64,000 nt of DNA from Candidatus Parvarchaeota archaeon (GCA_030615175.1 JAUWZX010000001.1:460044-524043), one strand, 5' to 3'; positions 45,334 through 54,819 are shown, numbered from the stretch's first letter. The notes: generated by a model not told the origin, from the sequence alone. Made by a program: numbers and translations.

Positions 45334-46042
45334 GAATCCTTGTTAAATCAAATTTTTTGCCATCAAATTCCCTTGTAATCTCGAAAAAATTAATTCCACG
45401 CTTATCAATATACTTTAATGAATAAGGAATGTCAGCGAAGATATTCAATTTCTCTAAATTTTTAATATTAAACCATTTATTAAGCCTGTCAACAGTCTTC
45501 TTTTTCAACTCACCAGCAAATTCATTACACTTGAAGACATAGAATAAATGATGAGAATGAATATCATCCTTATTATACGTTCTCATTGAGTAAATAATTT
45601 TAAGCTTTAAATCCTTAGGCACGTAACCAGTTCTCTCAATAGTTTGCCTGACAGCGCTTTCCTTAATTCCTTCCCCAAAACGCACTCTGCCAACAACACT
45701 AGTAGCCCAAACCCCTTTAAACGGCTCTCTTTCAAGCCTTGATAACAAAATCTTACCCTCCTCCCTAATAATCACTCCGGCAATAACAAATGGCTGCTTA
45801 TGAACCCCCATGTCATTTAAGTCAACATAAATCGCTAATTCATTGCCAGTATTAGTTAATGAATACAAACCATCCTCATCCTTTTTTATAATACCAAGCT
45901 TAACTAATTTATTCAAATGATAGTTGAAGTGATTAGAACGAATATTACTATCCTGCAACTGTGAAAAACTAAGTCCAGACGCATACATTAATTTCTTAAA
46001 AATGTTCTTTCGAACATCATGATTTAATAAATTTAACTCCAT
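45326..46042 (-). CDS. wHTH + degenerate Nudix domain regulator, paralog 1
   Basis: N-terminal wHTH (LSFSQLQDSNIRSNHFNYHLNKLVKLGIIKK). C-terminal Nudix fold with box GRVRFGEGIKESAVRQTIERTGY, where the RE-x2-EE glutamates are mostly lost. Confidence 0.65.
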   Translation of the reverse strand: MELNLLNHDVRKNIFKKLMYASGLSFSQLQDSNIRSNHFNYHLNKLVKLGIIKKDEDGLYSLTNTGNELAIYVDLNDMGVHKQPFVIAGVIIREEGKILLSRLEREPFKGVWATSVVGRVRFGEGIKESAVRQTIERTGYVPKDLKLKIIYSMRTYNKDDIHSHHLFYVFKCNEFAGELKKKTVDRLNKWFNIKNLEKLNIFADIPYSLKYIDKRGINFFEITREFDGKKFDLTRILN

Positions 46043-46073
46043 GAAATAATATCCTTAATAAATCATTTATAAA

Positions 46074-46096
46074 CTTAACGCTCAAGAAATTTTGAG
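46074..46096 (+). promoter_or_regulatory. 23-nt operator-like element, copy 2
   Basis: Exact repeat of 44952-44974. Lies in the divergent intergenic region between wHTH-Nudix paralog 1 and the gene at 46135. Confidence 0.5.
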
Positions 46097-46134
46097 GAAA
46101 TCCATTTATACTGAAACTAATAATAGTTATAAAA

Positions 46135-46611
46135 ATGGAAAATGATGTTATTGCAGTGGAATTCTATGAAGATATGCTAGGGGACGGAATCAGGCATTCC
46201 ATACACATGGATGCGTTTAAAAAAGTTGTTTGCAAATGGTTGCTGGAGAATTACAGTGATGAATTTAAAGAAAAAGTAAATGAAGAAATGAACAAGATGA
46301 AATTAGAAGACATAACCGGGTACATCATTCATGGATATGTAAATATAATTGAAAACAAGAAAACAGAAAGTGATAGTAAATTAGAGGATATAATAAATGA
46401 TTTAATTAAGGATTTAAGGCAAAGTAGAATGGAAAGATTACTAGAACAAACTGCTGGAAAAGTAATACACAGAATGGTAGAGAAGTATGGTTTCAGGAGA
46501 AAAAGAGAATTGCGCTACGATCCTAAAGATCATTGGGAGATTAATAAATACGGTGAATTCAGTTGCAGTAAAATAGATAAGTATCTGAAAGAAATTAAGA
46601 TGAATGACTAA
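46135..46611 (+). CDS. hypothetical protein (158 aa)
   Basis: ORF only. Confidence 0.45.
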   Translation: MENDVIAVEFYEDMLGDGIRHSIHMDAFKKVVCKWLLENYSDEFKEKVNEEMNKMKLEDITGYIIHGYVNIIENKKTESDSKLEDIINDLIKDLRQSRMERLLEQTAGKVIHRMVEKYGFRRKRELRYDPKDHWEINKYGEFSCSKIDKYLKEIKMND

Positions 46612-46731
46612 CTCCTTTTTTTATTCTTAACAAAACATTTATATACTCTGCCACATATTTTTTACTAAAAAGAACTGAAAGAAACCAAAATTTGATTTTC
46701 TATCAGTAATAATAAAGAAGGTGAAAGTAAT

Positions 46732-47883
46732 ATGAAAGGATTTGAAGAATTAAACTTAAGTAAAGAAGTAATTCATGATCTTGAAAAGCATGGCATAGTA
46801 GAGCCAACAATCGTGCAATTAAAAACAATACCATTAATAATGGATAACAGGGATGTTTTAGTGCAGTCAGAAACTGGAAGCGGTAAAACAATTGGCTTCG
46901 CGATTCCAACAATAGAGAATTTAAAACCAGCTAATAAAGTGCGCGTACTAGTATTAACGCCGACAAGAGAGTTAGCCAGGCAAGTAGGCGAGGAATACAT
47001 TAAGTTCTCAAGAAGCAAAGGATTAAGGATAGCAATAGTCTACGGAGGAGTATCAATTAATAATCAATTATACAAGGTAAGGCAGGCGGATATAGTTATA
47101 GGAACGCCAGGCAGACTATTAGACTTATTAAACAGGAGAATGTTAGACTTAACGCATACTAAATACTTAGTAATAGATGAAGCGGAGCGATTACTGGATA
47201 TGGGATTCATAGATGATATAGATAGGATAATAAGTTACATGCCTGAAGAGAGGCAAAACATGTTATTCAGTGCAACAATAAATGACAGGGTGTTAAACCT
47301 GGCTGGCAAGTATTTAAACAATCCAGCAAAAGTGCTGCTGGAAAACGTGATAGAGAGCGTAATACTAAGTCAGTATTATTATAATGTTAAGGAATACAAT
47401 AAGTTATCCTTACTGGTTCACATACTAAGCAAGGTTAACAGGGAATTAACCCTTGTCTTCTGTAATACTAAACGAAAAACCAGGTTCGTAGCCCGCGTAC
47501 TGAAAAGTAATAACATAAAATCAGACTGCTTAAATGGTGATATGAGTCAGCATATGAGGGAGAAGGTTATGGAGGACTTCTCAATGCGCAGGATAAAAGT
47601 ATTAGTTGCAACAGATGTTGCGGCCAGGGGAATACACGTGGATGACATAACGCATGTAATAAATTATGACTTGCATGATGAATTAGAAACTTATACGCAC
47701 CGGATAGGCAGGACGGCAAGGAATGGCAGTAAAGGCACTGCAATAACACTATTATCAGATCGGGATTGGTATAAGATGGATAAGGTTATGAATAAATATG
47801 GGGATCAATTGGTTGAACAGCCATTAATTCGTTTTGACAGAATAAGGATGCCTCAACACAGGAGAAGTAATTTTAGAAGATAA
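46732..47883 (+). CDS. DEAD-box ATP-dependent RNA helicase (motif II variant DEAE)
   Basis: Q motif, SETGSGKT, PTRELA, VIDEAE, SAT and HRIGRTARNG. Confidence 0.9.
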   Translation: MKGFEELNLSKEVIHDLEKHGIVEPTIVQLKTIPLIMDNRDVLVQSETGSGKTIGFAIPTIENLKPANKVRVLVLTPTRELARQVGEEYIKFSRSKGLRIAIVYGGVSINNQLYKVRQADIVIGTPGRLLDLLNRRMLDLTHTKYLVIDEAERLLDMGFIDDIDRIISYMPEERQNMLFSATINDRVLNLAGKYLNNPAKVLLENVIESVILSQYYYNVKEYNKLSLLVHILSKVNRELTLVFCNTKRKTRFVARVLKSNNIKSDCLNGDMSQHMREKVMEDFSMRRIKVLVATDVAARGIHVDDITHVINYDLHDELETYTHRIGRTARNGSKGTAITLLSDRDWYKMDKVMNKYGDQLVEQPLIRFDRIRMPQHRRSNFRR

Positions 47884-47922
47884 ATTCTTCCAATCCGCAG
47901 TCATCTTAGTGCTGGGCGTTTA

Positions 47923-48180
47923 CTAATCGAATAATTCTGATATTAAGTCCTGTATTTTCATTAGTGAGGATTGCACTCCCTTAACGTCACTAATGGAATC
48001 CATGGCAACTTCACCAACTTGAGTTTCATTAGTTATCATTCCTGTCACTGCCTCGTAAACACCGCTTACCTGCTCGCCAAGGGAGTTTAATAAAGGGATT
48101 ATAACAAACAACCCAACAAATAATATAATAACACCAATCCAGACAGTTACTATTAATTTTATCATGCTCTTCTTATTCAC
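47923..48180 (-). CDS. 85-aa single-pass membrane protein, translationally coupled to the giant gene
   Basis: N-terminal TM helix LIVTVWIGVIILFVGLFVIIPLL. Its start overlaps the giant ORF stop by 4 nt. The C-terminus SSLMKIQDLISEL resembles the giant-protein tail SLELMIQDLSDIL. Confidence 0.65.
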   Translation of the reverse strand: MNKKSMIKLIVTVWIGVIILFVGLFVIIPLLNSLGEQVSGVYEAVTGMITNETQVGEVAMDSISDVKGVQSSLMKIQDLISELFD

Positions 48181-51100
48181 ATTAATCCCTCCATTAAATC
48201 ATATACTTTAACAAGTATGTCTGATAAGTCCTGAATCATTAATTCTAGACTATTATAAATGTAATTAACATTCGCTTCTGACGGCTGGTCCTTAACAGTA
48301 GTGATATATGTTTTCAAGTCATCAGCCCTGTTAATTAAGTCATGGTAACTATCATATATAACCTGCCACTCTGCCAGTTTACCAGTTTCTCCCACATCAT
48401 TATAGTAACTAATAACGCCCAGTAAGTCCAGTAGACTATTATTAAGTTCTTTATTAAATGAGGTAAGCCTGGCATCTAACTCCTCTAACTGCATTTTATA
48501 AGCCATGGTCGGGTTATCATCCTCTGTTATGAATTTTGAAATGCACTTATTGTTAATGCATACAGGTATTGCCTTGCCCAGAGTGCATTCAGTAATCACT
48601 GAAGGACAGATAGGGTTAAGTTCAGCCAGGCTCTTAGTGATTGCACCGCAACCAGAGTAACACATGCAGTCATCATCAGTAACGCATCCTAACTCAACTT
48701 CTTCATCTATAACGTAAGTAATATTGCTTTCATCAACTTCCTCATCAATGCACATGTTATCTGAGCAATTCATGCCAGCGGGGCAGCCAGCATCTAAACA
48801 GCAGTTAAATGAAGTTTCGTAATCCTGTACTACGCCGTCACCGCAAGTTGCTTCATCAACGCATGAAATCTCTAAAGGTGAAATTAAATCACAAGTTCCA
48901 ACCGTGCAGGTACAGTCCAGACAGCATGCTTCAGATGTTTCACTTGGACTGCAGATGCCGTCACCGCAGTACTCTTCTGCACAAATAAAGTCCTCTGGCT
49001 TAATGAAGAATAATATATCCCATCCAGTGATTGTCTGTGATAAGGCAGTGTAAGGTAGGCAAACGCCGGTCTCGCAGCCAGCATCTAAACAGCAGGTTTC
49101 AGGTGTTTCCCCTGCTGAAACAAGCCCGTCACCGCAGAAAGCATTATTCATTGGAACGCAGCCCTTAACATTAGCATAAGAAGAGGTTAAATTACAAACT
49201 TTGTTACCGCAGTCACAATCATTTGGTGCTGTAACGCAGTTTTCTCCAACACTTGGCGAGCAAATGCCATTAGTAGCGCATACCTGAGGCGAGCAGTCAT
49301 AAGAGCATGAAGTGCATTCTCCAGGACCGCATTTCTTGTCACCGCAGCATGATTCAGCTCCTCCAGGGCACTCGAATACTGGCACGCAGCCCATTTTATC
49401 AGCTCTTACATTATCAGGGTCGCATTCAATGCTGCTAGGACAGAAGCAGGCAGGTGAGTTAAGGCAATTATCTCCTAAGCCGGGACTGCATATCTTTGAT
49501 GAATTAACAAATCCCTCTACCGTGATGCAGCCCATTAAGTCAGCGCTTGGAGCTACTGCGCCGTCAGAGTGAACACCGCAATTAAATCCTATAGGGCAAA
49601 CACAGTCTATTGGGTTTGCGTAACAGTTTTCTCCATAACCGCATCTGTAATCAATAATGTTTTCATAAATAACGCAGCCCTGCAAGTCAGTTTTTACGCT
49701 GTCAGGATTGCAGTATGAATCTTTAGGGCAGCGAGCGCAGTCAAGTGAATTCATGCAATTCTCAGTTCCATCGCACACGCCGTCATTACAGACTTCACCG
49801 GAAGGGCAGTCATCTATTTTTAATTCAATTTTGTAAACACAGCCCTTGAAATCAGAATCCTTGCTTCCAGGATTGCATTCAGCTCCTGATGGGCACGCGC
49901 AGTCAATTGACTTGCAGTTCTCTCCGAAGAAAGTGTCGCAGTAATCATCCCCTTCTTCAAAATCGTAGTCAAGCATGCATCCCATGAAGTCCGCGCTTGA
50001 GTCTTTTGGATTGCATATGAATCCTTCAGGGCATTCGCAGTCGCTTGAACTTAAGCAGTTCTCGTTAGGGTCGCAAACATTTTTCCCTCCAACGCATTTA
50101 ATATCCTGGCACCACCCAGTGTTTTGTTCTGTTGTATTCATCATTACTCCTGAAATATCATACATTGTGGTTAATATCATGTTCTCGCACCAATTCCTTC
50201 CAGCGCTTTCACAGTTTTCTTTAGTGTAACAATTCCAGTATTGTTCATAACCGCATGTCGGGCAGGTATAGTCTGTGCACCATGTCTCACACCAGTTACC
50301 ACTCACATTAAGGCATTCTGATTCAGTGAAGCAGTTCCACGGCATGCTTGAACTGCAGGTCGGGCAGGTATAGTCGCTGCACCAGGAGCCCCATTTATCA
50401 CTGCACCAGTTACCTTCATTATTAACGCACTCGCTTTGAGTATAGCAGTTCCATGGCGTGCTTGAACTGCATGTTGGGCAGGTATAATCTGTACACCATC
50501 CGCCCCACATATCAGAGCACCAGTCGCCATTTATTCCTTCACAGTCTTTTTCACTGGCGCAGAGCCATACCTGTTCATTGCTGCACACAGAGCACGCGTA
50601 CTTATCACACCAGGAGCCCCACTCGTCAGAGCACCAGTTAGCTTCCGCTCTCTCGCACTCGCTTTGAGTATTGCAGTTCCATGGCAGGTTTATTGAGCAC
50701 TTAGGGCACTCATAGTAACTGCACCAGTCACCGCACCAGTAACCGCCTGCTGATGTGCACTCAGAAGCTGTTGAACAGAAATCAAGATAATCCTTACTGC
50801 ATGATATACATTTTTCTGACTGGCACCAACCGTTCTTTTCATCACCGCACCAGTTTGCTCCAGCACCCTTGCATTCAAGTTTTGTTTTACAATTCCATGA
50901 CTGGTATTCTAAGCACGTTAAACAAGGAGTTTCCTGACAATAATTATCACACCAGTAATTATTATTTACTATGCAGTCATCTTCAGTATAGCAATTCCAT
51001 GGCATGCTTGAACTGCATGTTGGGCATTCATAGTCGCTGCACCATCCGCCGTAATGACTTTCACACCATTTAGCTCCTACATTAGTGCATTCCTGTTTTG

Positions 51101-54100
51101 AGAAGCAGTTCCACGGCTCGCTTGAACTGCATGTTGGGCAGGTGTAGTCGCTGCACCATGTGCCGCACCAGCTTCCTTCATTATTAATGCATTCGCTTTT
51201 TGTATAGCAATTCCATGGAGTATCCTTTGAGCATGTAGGGCAGGTATAGTCACTGCACCAATTGCCTCCCCAATTATCAATACACCACTTACCGCCAACA
51301 CCTTCACATTCATCTTTTGAATAACAATTCCACGGCTCTGATTTCTTGCACGTTGGGCATTCATATATTGATTTCTGGCACCAGCCGCTCGTGAATGATG
51401 TTGCATTAGCACTAATGCTTTCACACCAGTTACCGCCAGCGCTTTCACATTCATTCTTTGTATAGCAGTTCCATGAACTTGCTGCTGAGCAAATGCCAGC
51501 GCATATGTAGTCACCATAATCATTTATTTTACAGAAAGAGTCACCCCAGCACGCGCATTCAGGGTCAAAGCAGTCAACTAACCCGTCATTATTATCATCT
51601 ACCCTGTTACTGCAAACTTCTGTTACTGCTCCGCAAGACCATGACTGGCACCAACTACTCCATGCGTCAGTGCAATAATAACCGCCAGCGCTCTTGCAGG
51701 ACTCTTTTGTATTACAATTCCATAATTCATCTGAACTGCAGGTTGGGCATTCATAATTGCTGCACCACGTGTCGCACCAGTTTACTCCAGCATTACTGCA
51801 GTCCTTTTCAATGTAGCAGTTCCACGGCATGCTTGAACTGCAGGTCGGGCATTCGTAGGAATCACACCACGTTCCGCACCAGTAACCATTATTAGAAGTG
51901 CATTCTGTTTCTGTCTTGCAGTCCCATAAGTTTTCAGAACTGCATTCGCTTGCACAGTAATAAAACCCTTCAGCATCCTTTTTGCATGACTTGTCGTTAG
52001 GGCACGCGCAGTCCTCATCATTACAGTCTATTTTAGTATCCTTATCATTATCTAATCCGTCACCGCATATTTCGTATAGTTTTGTTTCACCGCAAGGAGA
52101 GATTTGACACCAAGTGTAGCCGTATTCATTAGTGCACCAGTAACCTCCAATGTCAGGGTTAGTGCATTCTGTTTCTATATTGCAATTAAATAAATCATCT
52201 TTACTGCATTGAGGGCATTGGTTTGTCTGGCACCATGAGTATTCTTCATAGTATTTATCCGTACACCAGTATCCTTCTGCTCCACTGCATTCTGTTTCAG
52301 AGTAGCAGTTCCATATGTTTGTTGAACTGCAGTCAGAACAGTATTGTGATAGAGTGCAGTAAGGACTGCAAGTTGAGCATACATTAGTGCACCATGTTCT
52401 ACTTACTCCTTCGCACTCGCTTTGAGTGTAGCAGCTCCAGTAATTGCCTTCAGTGCATTCTGAACAAGCATTTGTCTGGCACCAGGCGTAATCTGCACCA
52501 CCGCACCAGTAACCATTATTAGAAGTGCATTCTGTTTCAGAGTAACAGTTCCATATGTTTGTTGAACTGCAGTCGTAACACCATTGAGGGTCTGTGCAGT
52601 AAGGCTCGCATGTTAGGCAGATGTTTGTGCACCAATCCCCTCCTGCCCCTTCACATGATGTCTGGTCTTTGCATTTCCAGTAATTATTCGAGTCACATGT
52701 TGCGCAAGTATCTGTCTGGCACCATCCTGGACTCCATTCATCAGCACACCAGTGACCGCCTGCATTCGTGCACGTTGTCTGCGTGTAACAGTTCCATACA
52801 TCAGTGGAACTGCATTGTGGGCATGAGCCTATGGTCGTGCACCAGGGATCGCATGTTAGGCAGATGTTTGTGCACCAATCCCCTCCTGCTGTTGTGCATG
52901 TTGTTTGGTCTTTGCATTTCCAGTAATTATCCGAGTCGCATACTGTGCATTCGTTTGATTGGCACCACCCTGTTCCGCAACTTGAATCATAATCATAAAG
53001 GCACCAGTAGCCATTATTAGAATTGCATTCTGATTCAGTGTAGCAGTAACTTACTTGACTGCCTGTACTGCAACTGCAGTCATAATTAGCGCACCAGCCG
53101 GTTCCACCGCAACTGCCAGTGCACCAGTAATAACCTGTTCCAAGACCTTCACAATCTGTTTGATTATAGCAATACCAGTAATTCGTTGTTGAACATTCAT
53201 ATGCTGAAGTGCACGTGACACTGCAGCAGTTATAAGAATCCGTTGCTGTTAAGTAAGTTCCAGAGCAAGTCTCTTCTGGTGAGCACATGTCTCCTCCCTG
53301 CTCTGAGCATGTTTTAGGGCAATCCGTGCTGCTTGATGCATAAACATCGCCTGAGCAGCAGTATCCTGAGTACTTATCAATGTTTTGGCATTTGCACCCG
53401 CTTGAAGGTATTACTCCTTCAGTGCAGTTAGACAGTTCCCCTGTTTCAATGCATTGACCCATGCTGCATGTTTTTCCGCTTGCAGTGCAGTTCTCTTTTT
53501 CCCATGAACTCCATACTGAGTGGCTGCATCCTCCATTAGCGCATGTGTACAAGTGTCTTTCCTGAACAACTTTGTCATTATAGCAGGATGGTTCTCCTAT
53601 GTATACTTCGCCGCCGCATTCAGCGTCAGTAGTGCATGAATTAATAGTGAATGTTAGGTTCTGCGTGCTTACTTGACTGCTCGTGTCTGTTGCCTCGACA
53701 GTTATTGTATGCGTTCCAGTAATGTAAGTTGAGACAGTTGTATTGTAATCGCAGCTCGTGCCTGAACAGGTTATTGTCACGCCTGATTGGAATGCCCAGT
53801 CCCCGTACCACCTGGCACTGCTGATTCCAATGTCATCAGTTATTGTAGCAGTTAAATTCATTTCCAGTCCAGCGTACTGGGTTGATGGCGTAAGGCTTGC
53901 CGTAACTGAAGGATAACTGTCAAGAATGCATGCTTTTAAGATAGAGTCATAAACATAATCTGTTGCGCAGTCTGCACTGGAATTGGCGTAGTAGCACTCG
54001 TGAGTTGTTAAGTCGCAGTACCTCACTGCATCTGCTCCTGAGCTTGAATAATTCATGCTGTACATGTTATTGCACATTAAGTCAGCATTGCATCCTGACA

Positions 54101-54440
54101 GGCAGTCAGCGCTTCGGCAGTGGCAGCCCCAGCCATAAGTTGCATCTGTATATTTTGCGTAAGGGCAGAAATAACCTTCACTATCACAATAATGATGATA
54201 ATAAGTGCTGCATTGAGTTTGAGAGCAGTCTGAAGCACAAGTATCACAATTACTTGCTGTAATACAAGTATTACTGTCAGTGCACCAGTGTGCTCCAGCG
54301 GTTTCACAATCAGTTTGTGTTGTACAAAAGTCAAGTGTTGCATTAGAACAAGAAGTATTATCTAATGCATCCGCGAAGACGGTGTTAATAATGGCAAAAG
54401 TAGTAATTATAAATAATAACAGAATCTTCTCCTTGTCCAT
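48177..54440 (-). CDS. giant secreted cysteine-repeat protein (2087 aa)
   Basis: Uninterrupted 6.26-kb ORF. Signal peptide ILLLFIITTFAIINTVFA-DA. One Ig/PKD-like segment. About two dozen modules of roughly 40 aa of the form C-P-T-C-S-x4-W-N-C-Y-T-x2-E-C-x4-G-x-W-C-x-D-x-W-x2-W-C-x2-Y-x-C. A second type of Cys module follows, and the C-terminal ~120 aa are Cys-free and helical. Confidence 0.85.
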   Translation of the reverse strand: MDKEKILLLFIITTFAIINTVFADALDNTSCSNATLDFCTTQTDCETAGAHWCTDSNTCITASNCDTCASDCSQTQCSTYYHHYCDSEGYFCPYAKYTDATYGWGCHCRSADCLSGCNADLMCNNMYSMNYSSSGADAVRYCDLTTHECYYANSSADCATDYVYDSILKACILDSYPSVTASLTPSTQYAGLEMNLTATITDDIGISSARWYGDWAFQSGVTITCSGTSCDYNTTVSTYITGTHTITVEATDTSSQVSTQNLTFTINSCTTDAECGGEVYIGEPSCYNDKVVQERHLYTCANGGCSHSVWSSWEKENCTASGKTCSMGQCIETGELSNCTEGVIPSSGCKCQNIDKYSGYCCSGDVYASSSTDCPKTCSEQGGDMCSPEETCSGTYLTATDSYNCCSVTCTSAYECSTTNYWYCYNQTDCEGLGTGYYWCTGSCGGTGWCANYDCSCSTGSQVSYCYTESECNSNNGYWCLYDYDSSCGTGWCQSNECTVCDSDNYWKCKDQTTCTTAGGDWCTNICLTCDPWCTTIGSCPQCSSTDVWNCYTQTTCTNAGGHWCADEWSPGWCQTDTCATCDSNNYWKCKDQTSCEGAGGDWCTNICLTCEPYCTDPQWCYDCSSTNIWNCYSETECTSNNGYWCGGADYAWCQTNACSECTEGNYWSCYTQSECEGVSRTWCTNVCSTCSPYCTLSQYCSDCSSTNIWNCYSETECSGAEGYWCTDKYYEEYSWCQTNQCPQCSKDDLFNCNIETECTNPDIGGYWCTNEYGYTWCQISPCGETKLYEICGDGLDNDKDTKIDCNDEDCACPNDKSCKKDAEGFYYCASECSSENLWDCKTETECTSNNGYWCGTWCDSYECPTCSSSMPWNCYIEKDCSNAGVNWCDTWCSNYECPTCSSDELWNCNTKESCKSAGGYYCTDAWSSWCQSWSCGAVTEVCSNRVDDNNDGLVDCFDPECACWGDSFCKINDYGDYICAGICSAASSWNCYTKNECESAGGNWCESISANATSFTSGWCQKSIYECPTCKKSEPWNCYSKDECEGVGGKWCIDNWGGNWCSDYTCPTCSKDTPWNCYTKSECINNEGSWCGTWCSDYTCPTCSSSEPWNCFSKQECTNVGAKWCESHYGGWCSDYECPTCSSSMPWNCYTEDDCIVNNNYWCDNYCQETPCLTCLEYQSWNCKTKLECKGAGANWCGDEKNGWCQSEKCISCSKDYLDFCSTASECTSAGGYWCGDWCSYYECPKCSINLPWNCNTQSECERAEANWCSDEWGSWCDKYACSVCSNEQVWLCASEKDCEGINGDWCSDMWGGWCTDYTCPTCSSSTPWNCYTQSECVNNEGNWCSDKWGSWCSDYTCPTCSSSMPWNCFTESECLNVSGNWCETWCTDYTCPTCGYEQYWNCYTKENCESAGRNWCENMILTTMYDISGVMMNTTEQNTGWCQDIKCVGGKNVCDPNENCLSSSDCECPEGFICNPKDSSADFMGCMLDYDFEEGDDYCDTFFGENCKSIDCACPSGAECNPGSKDSDFKGCVYKIELKIDDCPSGEVCNDGVCDGTENCMNSLDCARCPKDSYCNPDSVKTDLQGCVIYENIIDYRCGYGENCYANPIDCVCPIGFNCGVHSDGAVAPSADLMGCITVEGFVNSSKICSPGLGDNCLNSPACFCPSSIECDPDNVRADKMGCVPVFECPGGAESCCGDKKCGPGECTSCSYDCSPQVCATNGICSPSVGENCVTAPNDCDCGNKVCNLTSSYANVKGCVPMNNAFCGDGLVSAGETPETCCLDAGCETGVCLPYTALSQTITGWDILFFIKPEDFICAEEYCGDGICSPSETSEACCLDCTCTVGTCDLISPLEISCVDEATCGDGVVQDYETSFNCCLDAGCPAGMNCSDNMCIDEEVDESNITYVIDEEVELGCVTDDDCMCYSGCGAITKSLAELNPICPSVITECTLGKAIPVCINNKCISKFITEDDNPTMAYKMQLEELDARLTSFNKELNNSLLDLLGVISYYNDVGETGKLAEWQVIYDSYHDLINRADDLKTYITTVKDQPSEANVNYIYNSLELMIQDLSDILVKVYDLMEGLM

Positions 54441-54506
54441 TAAGAAATTATGAAGGAATTGCCTGAATAAAAAGGTTTTTAATTTTAATAATCGTCTGAT
54501 TCTTTA

Positions 54507-54809
54507 ATGAGTTTTATTAATAGTTTAATATTCATAGCAGTAGGATTTATTGGCTTATTACTTGTCAAGGCTGCAGTCAAGGCAGTGTCAATAATATTCA
54601 TCATATTATTAGGAATTGGAGTGCTGGGCTTGATTGGTTATGACATAACTGACTTCCTGACAGGAACAGTGACTAATATTACTCGGGCTGAATTAGTGAA
54701 TAAGTCGCTTGAGCTTAAGGAATGCGTTGTACAGGCCTGTAACTGCAGTCAGGGCATAGTGATTGACTGCATAACGCAGACAATAATCCCCATTAACCTG
54801 ACTACTTGA
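54507..54809 (+). CDS. small membrane protein (100 aa) with C-terminal Cys motif
   Basis: Two TM helices, then ECVVQACNCSQGIVIDC. Divergent from the giant gene. Confidence 0.5.
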   Translation: MSFINSLIFIAVGFIGLLLVKAAVKAVSIIFIILLGIGVLGLIGYDITDFLTGTVTNITRAELVNKSLELKECVVQACNCSQGIVIDCITQTIIPINLTT

Positions 54810-54819
54810 GTAATCTTTT

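Noticed and set aside
48884-54343. About 15 ORFs of 60-153 aa on both strands inside the giant gene (for example 51077-51523 minus, 52559-53020 plus, 50753-51073 plus)
   Set aside because: They lie wholly within the uninterrupted 6.26-kb ORF. They arise because the repetitive, TGC/TGT/TGG-rich sequence is poor in stop codons in other frames, and their translations are low-complexity.
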